Source: Nitrososphaeria archaeon (GTDB taxonomy: Archaea; Thermoproteota; Nitrososphaeria; JACIWG01). From it: 64,000 bases of DNA. The notes under the pieces were generated by a model. The model had not been told where the DNA came from, searched no databases, and was given only the letters and a program-made list of their open reading frames with translations. Below are positions 20,626 to 30,420 of this stretch, one piece after another. The number at the start of each line of letters is the position of its first letter. Within the stretch, counting starts at the first letter, position 1. The position numbers were made by a program, and so were the translations under genes. The stretch is taken from assembly GCA_050011875.1 (NCBI GenBank), contig JBEKIG010000016.1, forward strand, positions 1 to 64,000, given 5' to 3'.

Positions 20626-21684
20626 CAACATCTACTAAATTAAATGAAATTCTGTTATCTTATATATGTCTTTCCAATCATAAACAAATCAAACCAAATG
20701 TAGGATTTTCTATAATAAGGTTCAATAACTCACTGTTATTAGCTTATTTAGAGATTTGTTTTTTTATCAAAAATAAAATTTAATTGAAAAGGAATATCTT
20801 TTATATTATCTGTAAACTGGCAGTAATCTAATAAACCCTTTTTCTTATTGAATTCGTCAATGCTCCATTGAAACCTCAGATTGCCATTTATTGAAAAATA
20901 TGGTGAAGTAGATTATCATGACAGCTTTGTAATCTTTGTCGAAACTTATGAGACTGCAAAGACAAACTTTTGTAGTATCGCTTCGGAATCCATGATATAT
21001 TTAGATTCGATTTCGCCACCAAAATTACATATTAATGATCATCGCGGCCTCCAAAATTATGGTGGACTGTGATACCGTGAGAGCCCGACTTGAAACCTTT
21101 TTCTCTCCAATTTCTACTGAAGATTTAGATAAACTTGAATCTTTACAGAAATATTTAGAAAATATTGAAAGTTTTGATGTAAATTAGCATAAACATATAA
21201 TCTATGCTATAAAAGAGTTAAAAAGCACATTATCTTGCATCAGCTTTATTAGCTGGTAAGGTATCACATTCCTTCTTTCCCTTTAACTTCAACTAAAATA
21301 GATATATTATTGGATCTAATTATCAAATCTTTAGATTCTTTTTTTCCGAGATGCTCAAAACATCAAATCATAAACACTTAAGCGTAAACTCCACCGCTTC
21401 GACTAATCTACTTCCTGTCTGCCAATGATTGTGCTATCAGAAGCTCATCTTTTCTAAGTGGAGTACGAACTAGGTTGTTGATAGCCTTGCGATGCGTCAT
21501 CCTTAAAAGTTCAATGTTGTTCATGATGTTCTTATGTTCCATCGTACTCCTTCAAAGACTTCTGGATGTAGCTTCCTAAAACGTGCGAAAGCAACTTCAT
21601 TATTTGGGGAAAACTTATTCCTTGTCACGGCAAAATATCGATTATTGGTTATATAATGAGTAATCAGACTTAAAGTGTTTGCCT

Positions 21685-23211
21685 TTATCTCTCTGTAACT
21701 ATATTGTATGCTTTACTTATGCTATCATAAACTTTGTTGTACTTTTCATGTATTCGAGCATAGTTTTCATGATGTTCTGACCTAGGGCTATAAACATCCT
21801 TGAAACGAATACACCTTTTCACACCCTCCTGTACATTCTTATATACTCCAGAGCCTACGCCTGCCAAAATCGCAGAGCCCAACGCTGCAGCGGCATCTTC
21901 AACTATTGGAACCCTAATATCTATGCCGGTTACATCTGCCTTTATCTGGTTCCAAACTCTGCTCTTCGTTTCTCCTCCGGTCATTGAAGCATCCTTCACC
22001 CTGACGCCTAATTCACCAAGTAACTCTATGATACCAATGTACTGGAAAGCAATTCCTTCAAGCAACGACCTGACAAAATGGGGTTTGCCGTGCCATAGGG
22101 TAAATCCAAAGTAGACCGCTTTAGCTTGAATATCGAATTGTGGGGCACCTGCGCCCATAAAATATGGATAACAGAAGAGCATATCCGAACCTTCATCAAC
22201 CTTCTCAGCAAGTTCGTCAAGGTAATGATAAGGATCGCCATTTTCCAATTTGGCTTTTTCAACTTCTTCATATCCAAATTTATCTCTAAACCATCTCAGA
22301 CATGCGCCCGTAAGCAGTCCCACTTCGTACTCCCATGCATCTGGGAAAATATTGCAACAACAGTCAATTCTGTCCTTATAGTCGAGGTGCGGTTCACTTA
22401 GAGGAACTTCAAAGGCGGTACCGGTACCTGAACCAATATTCATTTGACCTAGATTAATTGCGCCTCCACCTAACGATTCACATGGCCTATCACCGCCTCC
22501 GCTGACGACAGGTGTGCCTTCAGCAAGACCTGTTATCCCAGAGATTTCTTTGGTTACCTCACCGACAACTTCCCATGCACCTTGGACATCTGGCAGGATG
22601 CTGATAGGAATGTCAAGGGCATCACAAATGTCTTCATCCCAAACCTTTTTTCTGATATTAAATAATCTAGTGCGTGAAGCCATAGAATAGTCTGTGGCTG
22701 CCTTATTCGTCAACCTAAAGACAATATAGTCCTTAGAGAAGACTATCTTCTTTGTTTTACCGAATATCTCGGGTTTGTACCTTTTTAGCCAAATGATCTT
22801 TGGAGCGGAAACGACATGATCAATGCGTCCTCCTGTTATATCCCTTACTTCGTCTGCTGGCAGGATCTTCTTGATTTCTTCGGCTAATGGTATAGTTCTC
22901 TTGTCAAGCCATATGATACTGTTCCAAAGTTTATTGCCTTCAGCATCCAAGGGGACGAATGCTTCCCGTTGCGAGTCTGCTCCAATGCCAACTATAGACT
23001 TGGAATCAATCTTTGTCTTTTTTATAACGTTCCTAACGTTAGTGACTGCCGCGTTCCACCACCAGTCAGGGTCTTGCTCAGCCCAACCCTCTTGCTCTTG
23101 GTACATACCGTATTCACTTTTTTCCATTGCAACAACATTGCCGTCTAGGTCAAAAAGTACACATTTACATAAGGTTGTGCCACAATCTATGCCTAAGACG
23201 AACTTCTGCAT
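21685..23211 (-). CDS. FGGY-family carbohydrate kinase (xylulokinase-like)
   Basis: LGIDCGTT, WAEQDP, IIWLDKR, GGGDR, LLEGIAF, AALGSAILAG. Confidence 0.92.
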   Translation of the reverse strand: MQKFVLGIDCGTTLCKCVLFDLDGNVVAMEKSEYGMYQEQEGWAEQDPDWWWNAAVTNVRNVIKKTKIDSKSIVGIGADSQREAFVPLDAEGNKLWNSIIWLDKRTIPLAEEIKKILPADEVRDITGGRIDHVVSAPKIIWLKRYKPEIFGKTKKIVFSKDYIVFRLTNKAATDYSMASRTRLFNIRKKVWDEDICDALDIPISILPDVQGAWEVVGEVTKEISGITGLAEGTPVVSGGGDRPCESLGGGAINLGQMNIGSGTGTAFEVPLSEPHLDYKDRIDCCCNIFPDAWEYEVGLLTGACLRWFRDKFGYEEVEKAKLENGDPYHYLDELAEKVDEGSDMLFCYPYFMGAGAPQFDIQAKAVYFGFTLWHGKPHFVRSLLEGIAFQYIGIIELLGELGVRVKDASMTGGETKSRVWNQIKADVTGIDIRVPIVEDAAAALGSAILAGVGSGVYKNVQEGVKRCIRFKDVYSPRSEHHENYARIHEKYNKVYDSISKAYNIVTER

Positions 23212-23271
23212 ATTCGGAGATAATCGTGTACGTTATATTAAGTTTGTATTTAGGAGTAAATCATAATAATG

Positions 23272-24474
23272 TTATAAGAATGCGCTTGTAATCTTCTTAA
23301 GCGAATCAGTGAGCTTTTCGATGTCACCTTCATTATTATAAAAATAGGTCGAAGCCCTAACTACTCCTTCTCTTTCACCTAAAACACTTCTCGTAGTAAC
23401 TTGCGCACACATATGCCCACTTCTTACTTCTATTTGGCCAATAGAATCAAGCATCATGCCCACTTCCATAGAATCAATGCCTTTCAAGTTGAAAGTGAAA
23501 ATACTTGTCTTTTTATCAACGTCAGGACCGTAGATTTTGAAATTCTTTATGCCTGACACTAATTCATGAGCCATTCTTATCAACTTCCTATCATGATCTA
23601 GAATATTCTGTAAGCCGATTTTTTTCACATATTGGAAACCGTCAGCCATCATCATCACTTCACAGAATGGAATGGTTCCTGCTTCAAACCTGAAAGGGGG
23701 CGGCAATAGTTTAAAACTTGAAACATCAACTGTATAGCAAGCGCCACCGCCGAAGTTAATTGGTTCAATGCTTTCAAATAAGTCCCTCTTAACGTAGAGT
23801 AGTCCTGATCCAGTTGGACCACATATCTTATGTGCACTTAGGGCCAGAAAGTCTACATTTAACTTCTTGACATCAATAGAGAGATGTGGTGCAGATTGTG
23901 CTGCATCTAGAAGGACATATGCACCATTTTCGTGCGCCACTTTAACTACCTCCTCTACTGGAGATATTGTGCCCAAAACGTTACTAACATGAGTCAGAGC
24001 AACAACTCTAGTTTTTTTATCAATTTTTTCGGCAAAATCATCAATAGTTATAATACCATCGGCCTGCTTCGGAAAGACGACCCTAAACTCCTTCCTACTC
24101 CTACGGCACCTAACAAGCCAAGGAACATAGTTGCTGTGATGCTCAAGAGCGGATACTACAACATTCCCGTCTTTCGCAATTTTAAGACCTCTAGCGATAA
24201 GATTGAGCCCCTCTGTAGAGTTCCTCACAAATACGATCTCCTCCGGTGATGCATTTATGAAGCCAGCCGAAATTGCTCTAGCCTGATTGACCTTTTCTTC
24301 TGTTCTGGTTGCTAAAGTATGGACACTCCTTAATGGATTTGCTTTAAATTGCGTGTAATATTCCACAATCCTATCAGCAACAGTCTTAGGTGTTAGAGAC
24401 GTTGTTGCGCTATCCAGATAGACAAAGCCTTGCCCTAGAACGGGAAAATCTTCTCGGAGTGTATCTACATTCAT
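23272..24474 (-). CDS. sufS: Cysteine desulfurase, SufS-type (class V aminotransferase)
   Basis: YLDSATT, EHHSN, DAAQS, SAHK (PLP Lys), FEAGT, RSGHMCA (catalytic Cys), RAS.YFYN. Confidence 0.88.
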   Translation of the reverse strand: MNVDTLREDFPVLGQGFVYLDSATTSLTPKTVADRIVEYYTQFKANPLRSVHTLATRTEEKVNQARAISAGFINASPEEIVFVRNSTEGLNLIARGLKIAKDGNVVVSALEHHSNYVPWLVRCRRSRKEFRVVFPKQADGIITIDDFAEKIDKKTRVVALTHVSNVLGTISPVEEVVKVAHENGAYVLLDAAQSAPHLSIDVKKLNVDFLALSAHKICGPTGSGLLYVKRDLFESIEPINFGGGACYTVDVSSFKLLPPPFRFEAGTIPFCEVMMMADGFQYVKKIGLQNILDHDRKLIRMAHELVSGIKNFKIYGPDVDKKTSIFTFNLKGIDSMEVGMMLDSIGQIEVRSGHMCAQVTTRSVLGEREGVVRASTYFYNNEGDIEKLTDSLKKITSAFL

Positions 24475-24611
24475 TAATTTTTAAAAAACATGTTACAATT
24501 TAAGTCTTTCTTAGAAAAGCTACGAAAAGTCATGTATTTCAATTTAAGGCAGCTACTGATTATCTTGACGACCGCCTAAATAGAAAGAAAATGGGAAGCC
24601 TCAATCAATTT

Positions 24612-25166
24612 TTATGCAAATATATTTTTCCAGTCATAGTCAGAAGTTACCATTATGTGAACAGCTTTCCAAAATCCTGGCCTATTGACCAACAAGGACT
24701 CCACTATCTTTGCATTAATCGGACGTGCCGCGACTCCTTTATAGAATTCATCAGGCCACAAACCGAACAATCCAACTTGATTATCCTCAGATATACTAAA
24801 GAGAAAACCAACCCTACGATAGAGATACGCGTCGCGTTGTGTGATCTTGAATGTGCCGTCAGCAAAACTTTGAATATCATCTCTTTTCAAGGCTAGAACA
24901 GCTATCATCGCGTAATCTGTCATGTCTTCTTTAGTGGGCGAAATGATACTGTTCACACATTTGTATAATTTATATATCGGATATCTAAGACTATTCATTA
25001 ACATACCGAGAGACTTGATAAAAGAATATGGAAGAATTTTGCCAGTTACATCCTTGAAGTCTCTTGTAGCACCAAAGTATATTACACTCTCGTTTATTGG
25101 TGTACTTGTTTTATCAAGCCCGATGTACCATACGCCGGAGCCTCTACCTTTTTCAGCTGATTGCAT
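24612..25166 (-). CDS. Hypothetical protein
   Basis: 184-aa ORF co-oriented between thermosome and sufS; no recognised motif. Confidence 0.6.
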   Translation of the reverse strand: MQSAEKGRGSGVWYIGLDKTSTPINESVIYFGATRDFKDVTGKILPYSFIKSLGMLMNSLRYPIYKLYKCVNSIISPTKEDMTDYAMIAVLALKRDDIQSFADGTFKITQRDAYLYRRVGFLFSISEDNQVGLFGLWPDEFYKGVAARPINAKIVESLLVNRPGFWKAVHIMVTSDYDWKNIFA

Positions 25167-25277
25167 ATATCCTTCTCCAATTCTAAATTTTATTAGTTTT
25201 TAAATGTTTTGTTCGAATATAACTGTATACATTTCTTTAAATACTTGAAACAATAAAAAATAAGAAGAGCTCTTATC

Positions 25278-26969
25278 CTAAACGCCGGTGCCATGCCATT
25301 CCGGTCCTGGTACATGCCATTCTGGCTGTTTAGTTTCCTTCGGCCTGAAGGTGCCTTTGGTGAAGACTTCATCTACTCTAAGGACCATGATCGCTGCTTC
25401 TGTAGCTGCTGAAAAAATTTCCTCTTTAACTGACAGCGGTTCATAAACCCCAAACTTAGCAGCATCCTCGATCTTACCTTCTTTAGCGTTCACACCAACG
25501 GTCTTTTCCCCTTTGCTGTGTTTAGCTCTAAGTTCTACCAGTGTATCAATTGGATTCATACCTGCGTTTTCAGCAATGGCCAGAGGAATTGATTCTACAG
25601 CTTCAGCATACTTCTGCACTGCAAGCTGTTTTCTACCAAAAAGTGTCTTAGACCACTTTAGAAGTTTGGAAGCAACCTCTGCTTCTGGAGAACCAGCACC
25701 CAAGACTATTTGTGGCTTTAATAATACATCTTTTACTACACTGAGCGCATCATGGACAGACCTCTCATCTTCATCGACTACTTTCTGTGTCCCGCCTCTA
25801 ATAAGTATCGAGACTGCTTTTGGATTTTTGCAGCCTTCAAAGAATACCAACTTGCTTTCTTCAATCTTTCGTTCTTCAACAAGCTGACAAAAACCGAGAT
25901 CAGCTGGAGACAATTCTTCCAGACTAGTAACGAGCCTGCCGCCTGTAGCTTTGGAGAGCCAGCCCATGCCAGCTTCGAGATCCCTATGCGCTATGGCAAG
26001 TATACCAGCTTTCCTTAAATAGTGCTGTGCTATGTCGTCGATACCTTTATTGCAGACAACGACATTTGCTCCAACTTCAACTATTTTGTCGACCATCCCC
26101 TTGAATATGCTCTTTTCTTTTTCGAGAAACATTTTCATCTCTTCAGGATTACTTATAATGGTTGTAACTTCTTTTTTTGTTTCATTTCTAGTAAATTTCG
26201 TCCTTTCGATTTCCAGTGGATTCATAAATAATGCTATCTTTGCATTCTCAATACGAGTAAGCATACCAGGCATATTGCTTGGCATACCGCTGCTAGCAAG
26301 GCTCTTCTCTATGATCAAACCTTGTACCAGCTTCGAATCCCTTATTGAACCACCAGCTTTCTTCTCCACTCTTATATTATCCATTTCAACTTTAAATTTT
26401 CCATTCAATTCTTCGGCAACAGATAGTACTGCATCGACAGCAATCCTGGCTAAGAAGTCGCTTTCACCAACGAGTTTTGTTGCCATACTAGTTTTTGCAA
26501 CTCTAGTTAGCCATTCCTTATCTTTTGGATCCACTTTTATTGCGAGATCATTAAGAATCTCCTTTGCCTTAATAGCAGCTCCCCTGTAGCCATCGGCTAT
26601 TATCATGGGGTTAACCTTTTTATCCAAAAGTTCTTCTGCCTTTTCGAGCAATGCACCCGCTAAGACTACTCCCGAAGTTGTACCGTCACCTACTTCGTTG
26701 TCAATAGCTTTCGAGATTTCAATAATAGCCTTTGCCGCAGGATTTTGAACGTCAAATTTCTTTAGCATCGTGGCGCCATCATTTGTAATCGTGATGTCTC
26801 CTGTGCCGTCAACGAGCATCTTGTCCATTCCCCTAGGGCCTAAAGATGCACTAACAATTTTAGCAATTACTTTTGCTGCGATGATATTGTTTCTCTGAGC
26901 AATCCTGCCTTTTGTCTCATAAGATTCCGCACCAGGTGCAATACCTACATGTTCTCGATTTGACGTAAT
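25278..26969 (-). CDS. Thermosome (group II chaperonin) subunit, divergent; probable ATT start
   Basis: [42 protein letters not shown]; the frame extends 47 codons upstream of the annotated ATG to ATT at 26969 behind AGGTGA. Confidence 0.93.
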   Translation of the reverse strand: MTSNREHVGIAPGAESYETKGRIAQRNNIIAAKVIAKIVSASLGPRGMDKMLVDGTGDITITNDGATMLKKFDVQNPAAKAIIEISKAIDNEVGDGTTSGVVLAGALLEKAEELLDKKVNPMIIADGYRGAAIKAKEILNDLAIKVDPKDKEWLTRVAKTSMATKLVGESDFLARIAVDAVLSVAEELNGKFKVEMDNIRVEKKAGGSIRDSKLVQGLIIEKSLASSGMPSNMPGMLTRIENAKIALFMNPLEIERTKFTRNETKKEVTTIISNPEEMKMFLEKEKSIFKGMVDKIVEVGANVVVCNKGIDDIAQHYLRKAGILAIAHRDLEAGMGWLSKATGGRLVTSLEELSPADLGFCQLVEERKIEESKLVFFEGCKNPKAVSILIRGGTQKVVDEDERSVHDALSVVKDVLLKPQIVLGAGSPEAEVASKLLKWSKTLFGRKQLAVQKYAEAVESIPLAIAENAGMNPIDTLVELRAKHSKGEKTVGVNAKEGKIEDAAKFGVYEPLSVKEEIFSAATEAAIMVLRVDEVFTKGTFRPKETKQPEWHVPGPEWHGTGV

Positions 26970-27164
26970 AAATCACCTAATGGTAATAACCTGTCTATTG
27001 GAGTTTTATAAGTTTTTTTTCCAACTTTTGCTCAAAATATTTCATTTACTTCGACATATCTGATATCAGTTTTTATATCAGTTTTATTTCATCAATTCAT
27101 AACATTCCTGATAGCGATCGCCATTAGCGTAGGCATAAATCCCAGGCCTATAACAGAGCAGATT

Positions 27165-27593
27165 TCAGCCTTCATAAAAAACCTCTTCAGGTAGTTCAGA
27201 CCCTTTTCTTTTAAACTTGATTCCCTTTAATATGTACTCCTTCCCCTGAACTACCTCCAAGGCTACCTCATAACATTTTGGGCATTTGGTCAACGGTATA
27301 TATGTGCCACTTCGAAGAAGGTATAGCTTCTTTGCCTTGCCTATGTAACCACATTTTTTGCATGACATTACGCCTGGAATCTTCTTGACAAATAACCTTG
27401 CGCCCTCAGCAATTGTTCCCTTTGCCAATAGTTTGTAGAGAGCGCGCACATTTTTAGGTTTTGTCATTGCGAACTCGCCTATCTCTAAGTGCACCTCAAG
27501 TATCTTTTCCACATCGTTCTTCTTAGACCAAGCTATCAAAATCTGTAGCGTTTCTGTCATATACATGCCATAATGCCAATACTCGATGCCCAT
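27165..27593 (-). CDS. HypA/HybF-like Zn-finger metallochaperone homologue
   Basis: VHLEIGE, GTIAEGARL, CKKCG and CPKC, VVQGKE; lacks the N-terminal MHE. Confidence 0.8.
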   Translation of the reverse strand: MGIEYWHYGMYMTETLQILIAWSKKNDVEKILEVHLEIGEFAMTKPKNVRALYKLLAKGTIAEGARLFVKKIPGVMSCKKCGYIGKAKKLYLLRSGTYIPLTKCPKCYEVALEVVQGKEYILKGIKFKRKGSELPEEVFYEG

Positions 27594-27742
27594 CCCGAAT
27601 TATTCTCCTTCGACTCCCTAGCTAACAATAAGGATATTTATGAACCTATAAATTACATCACTCCTTAATATGCTACAAAGGCTTTAAAGAATCATCTTCT
27701 GAGGCCTCTGGGGCTTTGTCAATATATTGTGCTGTCATATGG

Positions 27743-27873
27743 CCGTCAGCGTCAACAACTGCCATCAACGTTAGTCATCAGCCGTCATCATAAATCATCA
27801 TCAGTCATCATCAATCATCATCAGTCATCAACATCGATCAACACCCATCATCAGCGGTCATCATCCACCATCA
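27743..27873. repeat. Phased 10-bp repeat array (CATCA core), homologous to 17068-17160
   Basis: Ten consecutive decamers ending ATCA/GTCA/ACCA at 27771-27870; shares TCAACACCCATCA, GCCGTCAGCG and GCCATCAAC with the 17-kb array. Confidence 0.9.
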
Positions 27874-28677
27874 TTTAGACAATTGCCATACTTAACAATA
27901 GGGTACCCTATCTCCAGAAAAACCCCTGCTAAATGCCCCAGAGCAATAGAGAAATAGAAAAAAAGCATTGTACATGTGCGGATATTTTTGGGTATTAGCC
28001 TTTTTTTGGGTATCAGCTTTTTTGTCAAACATTATTATAAAATGTTCTTATATAACGTTATTATACCAAGGAAAAGATATGACGACGACGAGCTTAGAAG
28101 TAATCACCGTACGAAAACCATCAGCCAAAGATCACGCAGGTCGCAGAGCTAAACGGTAGAATAGCCCAATTAAATTCCAGGATAAACGAGCTCAACAAAG
28201 TAGCTGACGATATAAGCGCTCAGCTCAAGAAAGTGAAAACAATAAAAGAGACCGTTAAAAGGGTCGTATATAATCCTAAATTTTCATATAATTGTAATAA
28301 AATGTATATATCAATTAATACGTTTCCTAAAAGAATATTAAACCGGATCGGTAATTTAAGAATCTTTACTTGAAAAGTTATACACGGAAGTTTATAAGAA
28401 GAAAATGGAGATATCAAAAAGGATGGAGAAATGAGATTTGAAGATAGGTCCGTCTCACAAAAAGAAATATAAGCGATGATAATATAGGTCAAATATAAGT
28501 TAAATAGAATAGACAGGAACAGCATGACTTGATATAAGTCATCGTAAACCCTTTCTTGATCCTCACCACACAGCGGTTTTCTCTTGGAGACTTAGATAAA
28601 CTCCCTTATTGTCTCTTCGATCTCAGTATTCATTATAACTTAAAAAGTATGTTGGCTCGTATAATTAAAGATTAGCA

Positions 28678-28772
28678 GGTACAACGGAAAGTGCAATATT
28701 AGGAACAATAAGGTGCATTGGTAGGTGCAATAGGGTGCAATAATAGGTGCATCATGGTGCAACTAGGTGCAA
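28678..28772. repeat. Phased GGTGCAA repeat array, 9 units, spacing 10-12 bp
   Basis: Cores at 28678, 28690, 28702, 28712, 28724, 28734, 28746, 28756, 28766. Confidence 0.9.
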
Positions 28773-28798
28773 TCGCCAACAAATAATTGGATAAAATA

Positions 28799-28921
28799 AT
28801 GGACAGGATTTCTCCCTGTTATTGCTCTGGTGATGTTTGCCCATTTTTATGCCTGTGCAGATGTACAACTACTGGACTAAAGGATGGAGATTGTCCCAGA
28901 TTGCACCAGTCAATGTTCTGA
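28799..28921 (+). CDS. Putative 40-aa Cys-rich microprotein
   Basis: MDRISPCYCSGDVCPFLCLCRCTTTGLKDGDCPRLHQSMF*, 7 Cys; below the ORF-track size range. Confidence 0.35.
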   Translation: MDRISPCYCSGDVCPFLCLCRCTTTGLKDGDCPRLHQSMF

Positions 28922-29533
28922 AATGTACTTTGATGCGTCGCTAACTATCCTACGATGGTTAATTGCTAGGTAAGAGAACTAAAGTGATAGTACAATAGAT
29001 AAATAGATCAGGATAATCATATATTGTGAGATAGCTGTAAAACTCGAAAAGGTCTCGTGTAAGGAGTCAAAGTTAAACATATGAAATAAACAATAAAATA
29101 AAGGTTCTTAAATAATATCCCCCCACACTTATTGAAATTCTCTGACAATTCTTTTAGTCTGACTTAAATTAATGCTTAAAATCTAATCAATGATCAGCTA
29201 GATATCTAATTAAAAGCCATAGGACACCATGCCGCAACCCTCAAAACCCCAAACATAAGAAAAAGTGTGCTTTATGTTGTTCTATTTTGTTGTCTTTATG
29301 CTTATGAATGTAGTTATTTGTTTGCATTTTGTATAAATTAATAAGTGCAATAATTGTCGTAGCTGTAGCGTAAGCCTGTACGATATTTTTGCATCTTGCT
29401 TACTCGATTAAGTAAAGAAGTGTTCATATTGGGTTGTGATATTCAAAAAATAATGATTACGGCGAGAAATAAGACAAGATAAGTGGAGTTGAGAGAGTAA
29501 AAACTTAATAATAGATGGGGGTTTTTCTAATAA

Positions 29534-29740
29534 GGGAGATTCAGAACGGGTCTAATAGGGTTAGCTATCGTTGTTGTCGGAGTTATAGCCTCCATCATAG
29601 GGTTCTTTCTGCTTCTTGTGGGCGTGAAATCGCGTGGATCAATGGATATACAATACGGCAGATTCAAAGGGCCTGTTTGGTTTACCCTCTTAGCTTTTGG
29701 ACTGGTTCTAATATTATTCGGCGTGCTCTCGCCAATTTAA
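29534..29740 (+). pseudogene. Two-TM small membrane protein lacking an in-frame start
   Basis: GRFRTGLIGLAIVVVGVIASIIGFFLLLVGVKSRGSMDIQYGRFKGPVWFTLLAFGLVLILFGVLSPI*; preceded by TAATAA; ATG at 29515 is in another frame. Confidence 0.5.
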
Positions 29741-30420
29741 GAGAACTAGCCATTTCAGCATTTACATAGGGAAAGCGTTCAAGTATGAAGATAGCGAGAT
29801 AGTGATTCGTTTATACAGCAGTATGCATACTGTAAGGGTTTGAACATCTTGTATGTCGGCATTATCTATAGGGGATATAGGTGGACATACTAAAGGGTCT
29901 TAACGTCTAATCTAAAGGTCAGATTTTGGGTAGTATGAGGTATAGACATATACACATCTTTATGGTTATTGGATATCAAAGAGATATGAGAGAATTAAAA
30001 AGGTGTTGTTAATGGGTAAAAGGTAGATAGGGAAAGAGAAGAATAAATCTAGAACGATAATGGTAGTAGTGAACATTTGATTACATATGCGTGCAGAAAA
30101 ATAGGGCGATTAACTGCATTGTATGACGGGCTAATTTTTGGGGAGTATACTCCACTTTATGCTCACTATATTAGCAAGGGTTCTGTCAAGTCTTCGGTTG
30201 ATTCATAATATTTTATAATTAGGATATATTTATGTAAGACTTGATATCCTGTTAATCTTTCTTTAACTTATTATTACTTATTTCTAAATTGAAGAGCGGC
30301 AGTATAACTTATTTCTAAAAGGTTGGTAGCCAGGAGGAAGATGAAATTTACTCAATTTCTTTTTTTGGTTTATGTGCGTGGAATACTTTATATGTAGAAA
30401 ACTGTCCCTAAGCGTCTATA

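Noticed and set aside
20830-21660. Short ORF-like scraps between the AKR remnant and the FGGY kinase
   Set aside because: Probably decayed coding DNA, but no family could be recognised in the frames read.
17068-28772. Phased repeat arrays as CRISPR arrays
   Set aside because: Units are 10-12 bp with spacers of at most 5 bp, far shorter than CRISPR repeats and spacers; no cas genes in the window.
29515-29769. 84-aa ORF from the track
   Set aside because: No protein-like features; the neighbouring frame gives a coherent two-TM protein.
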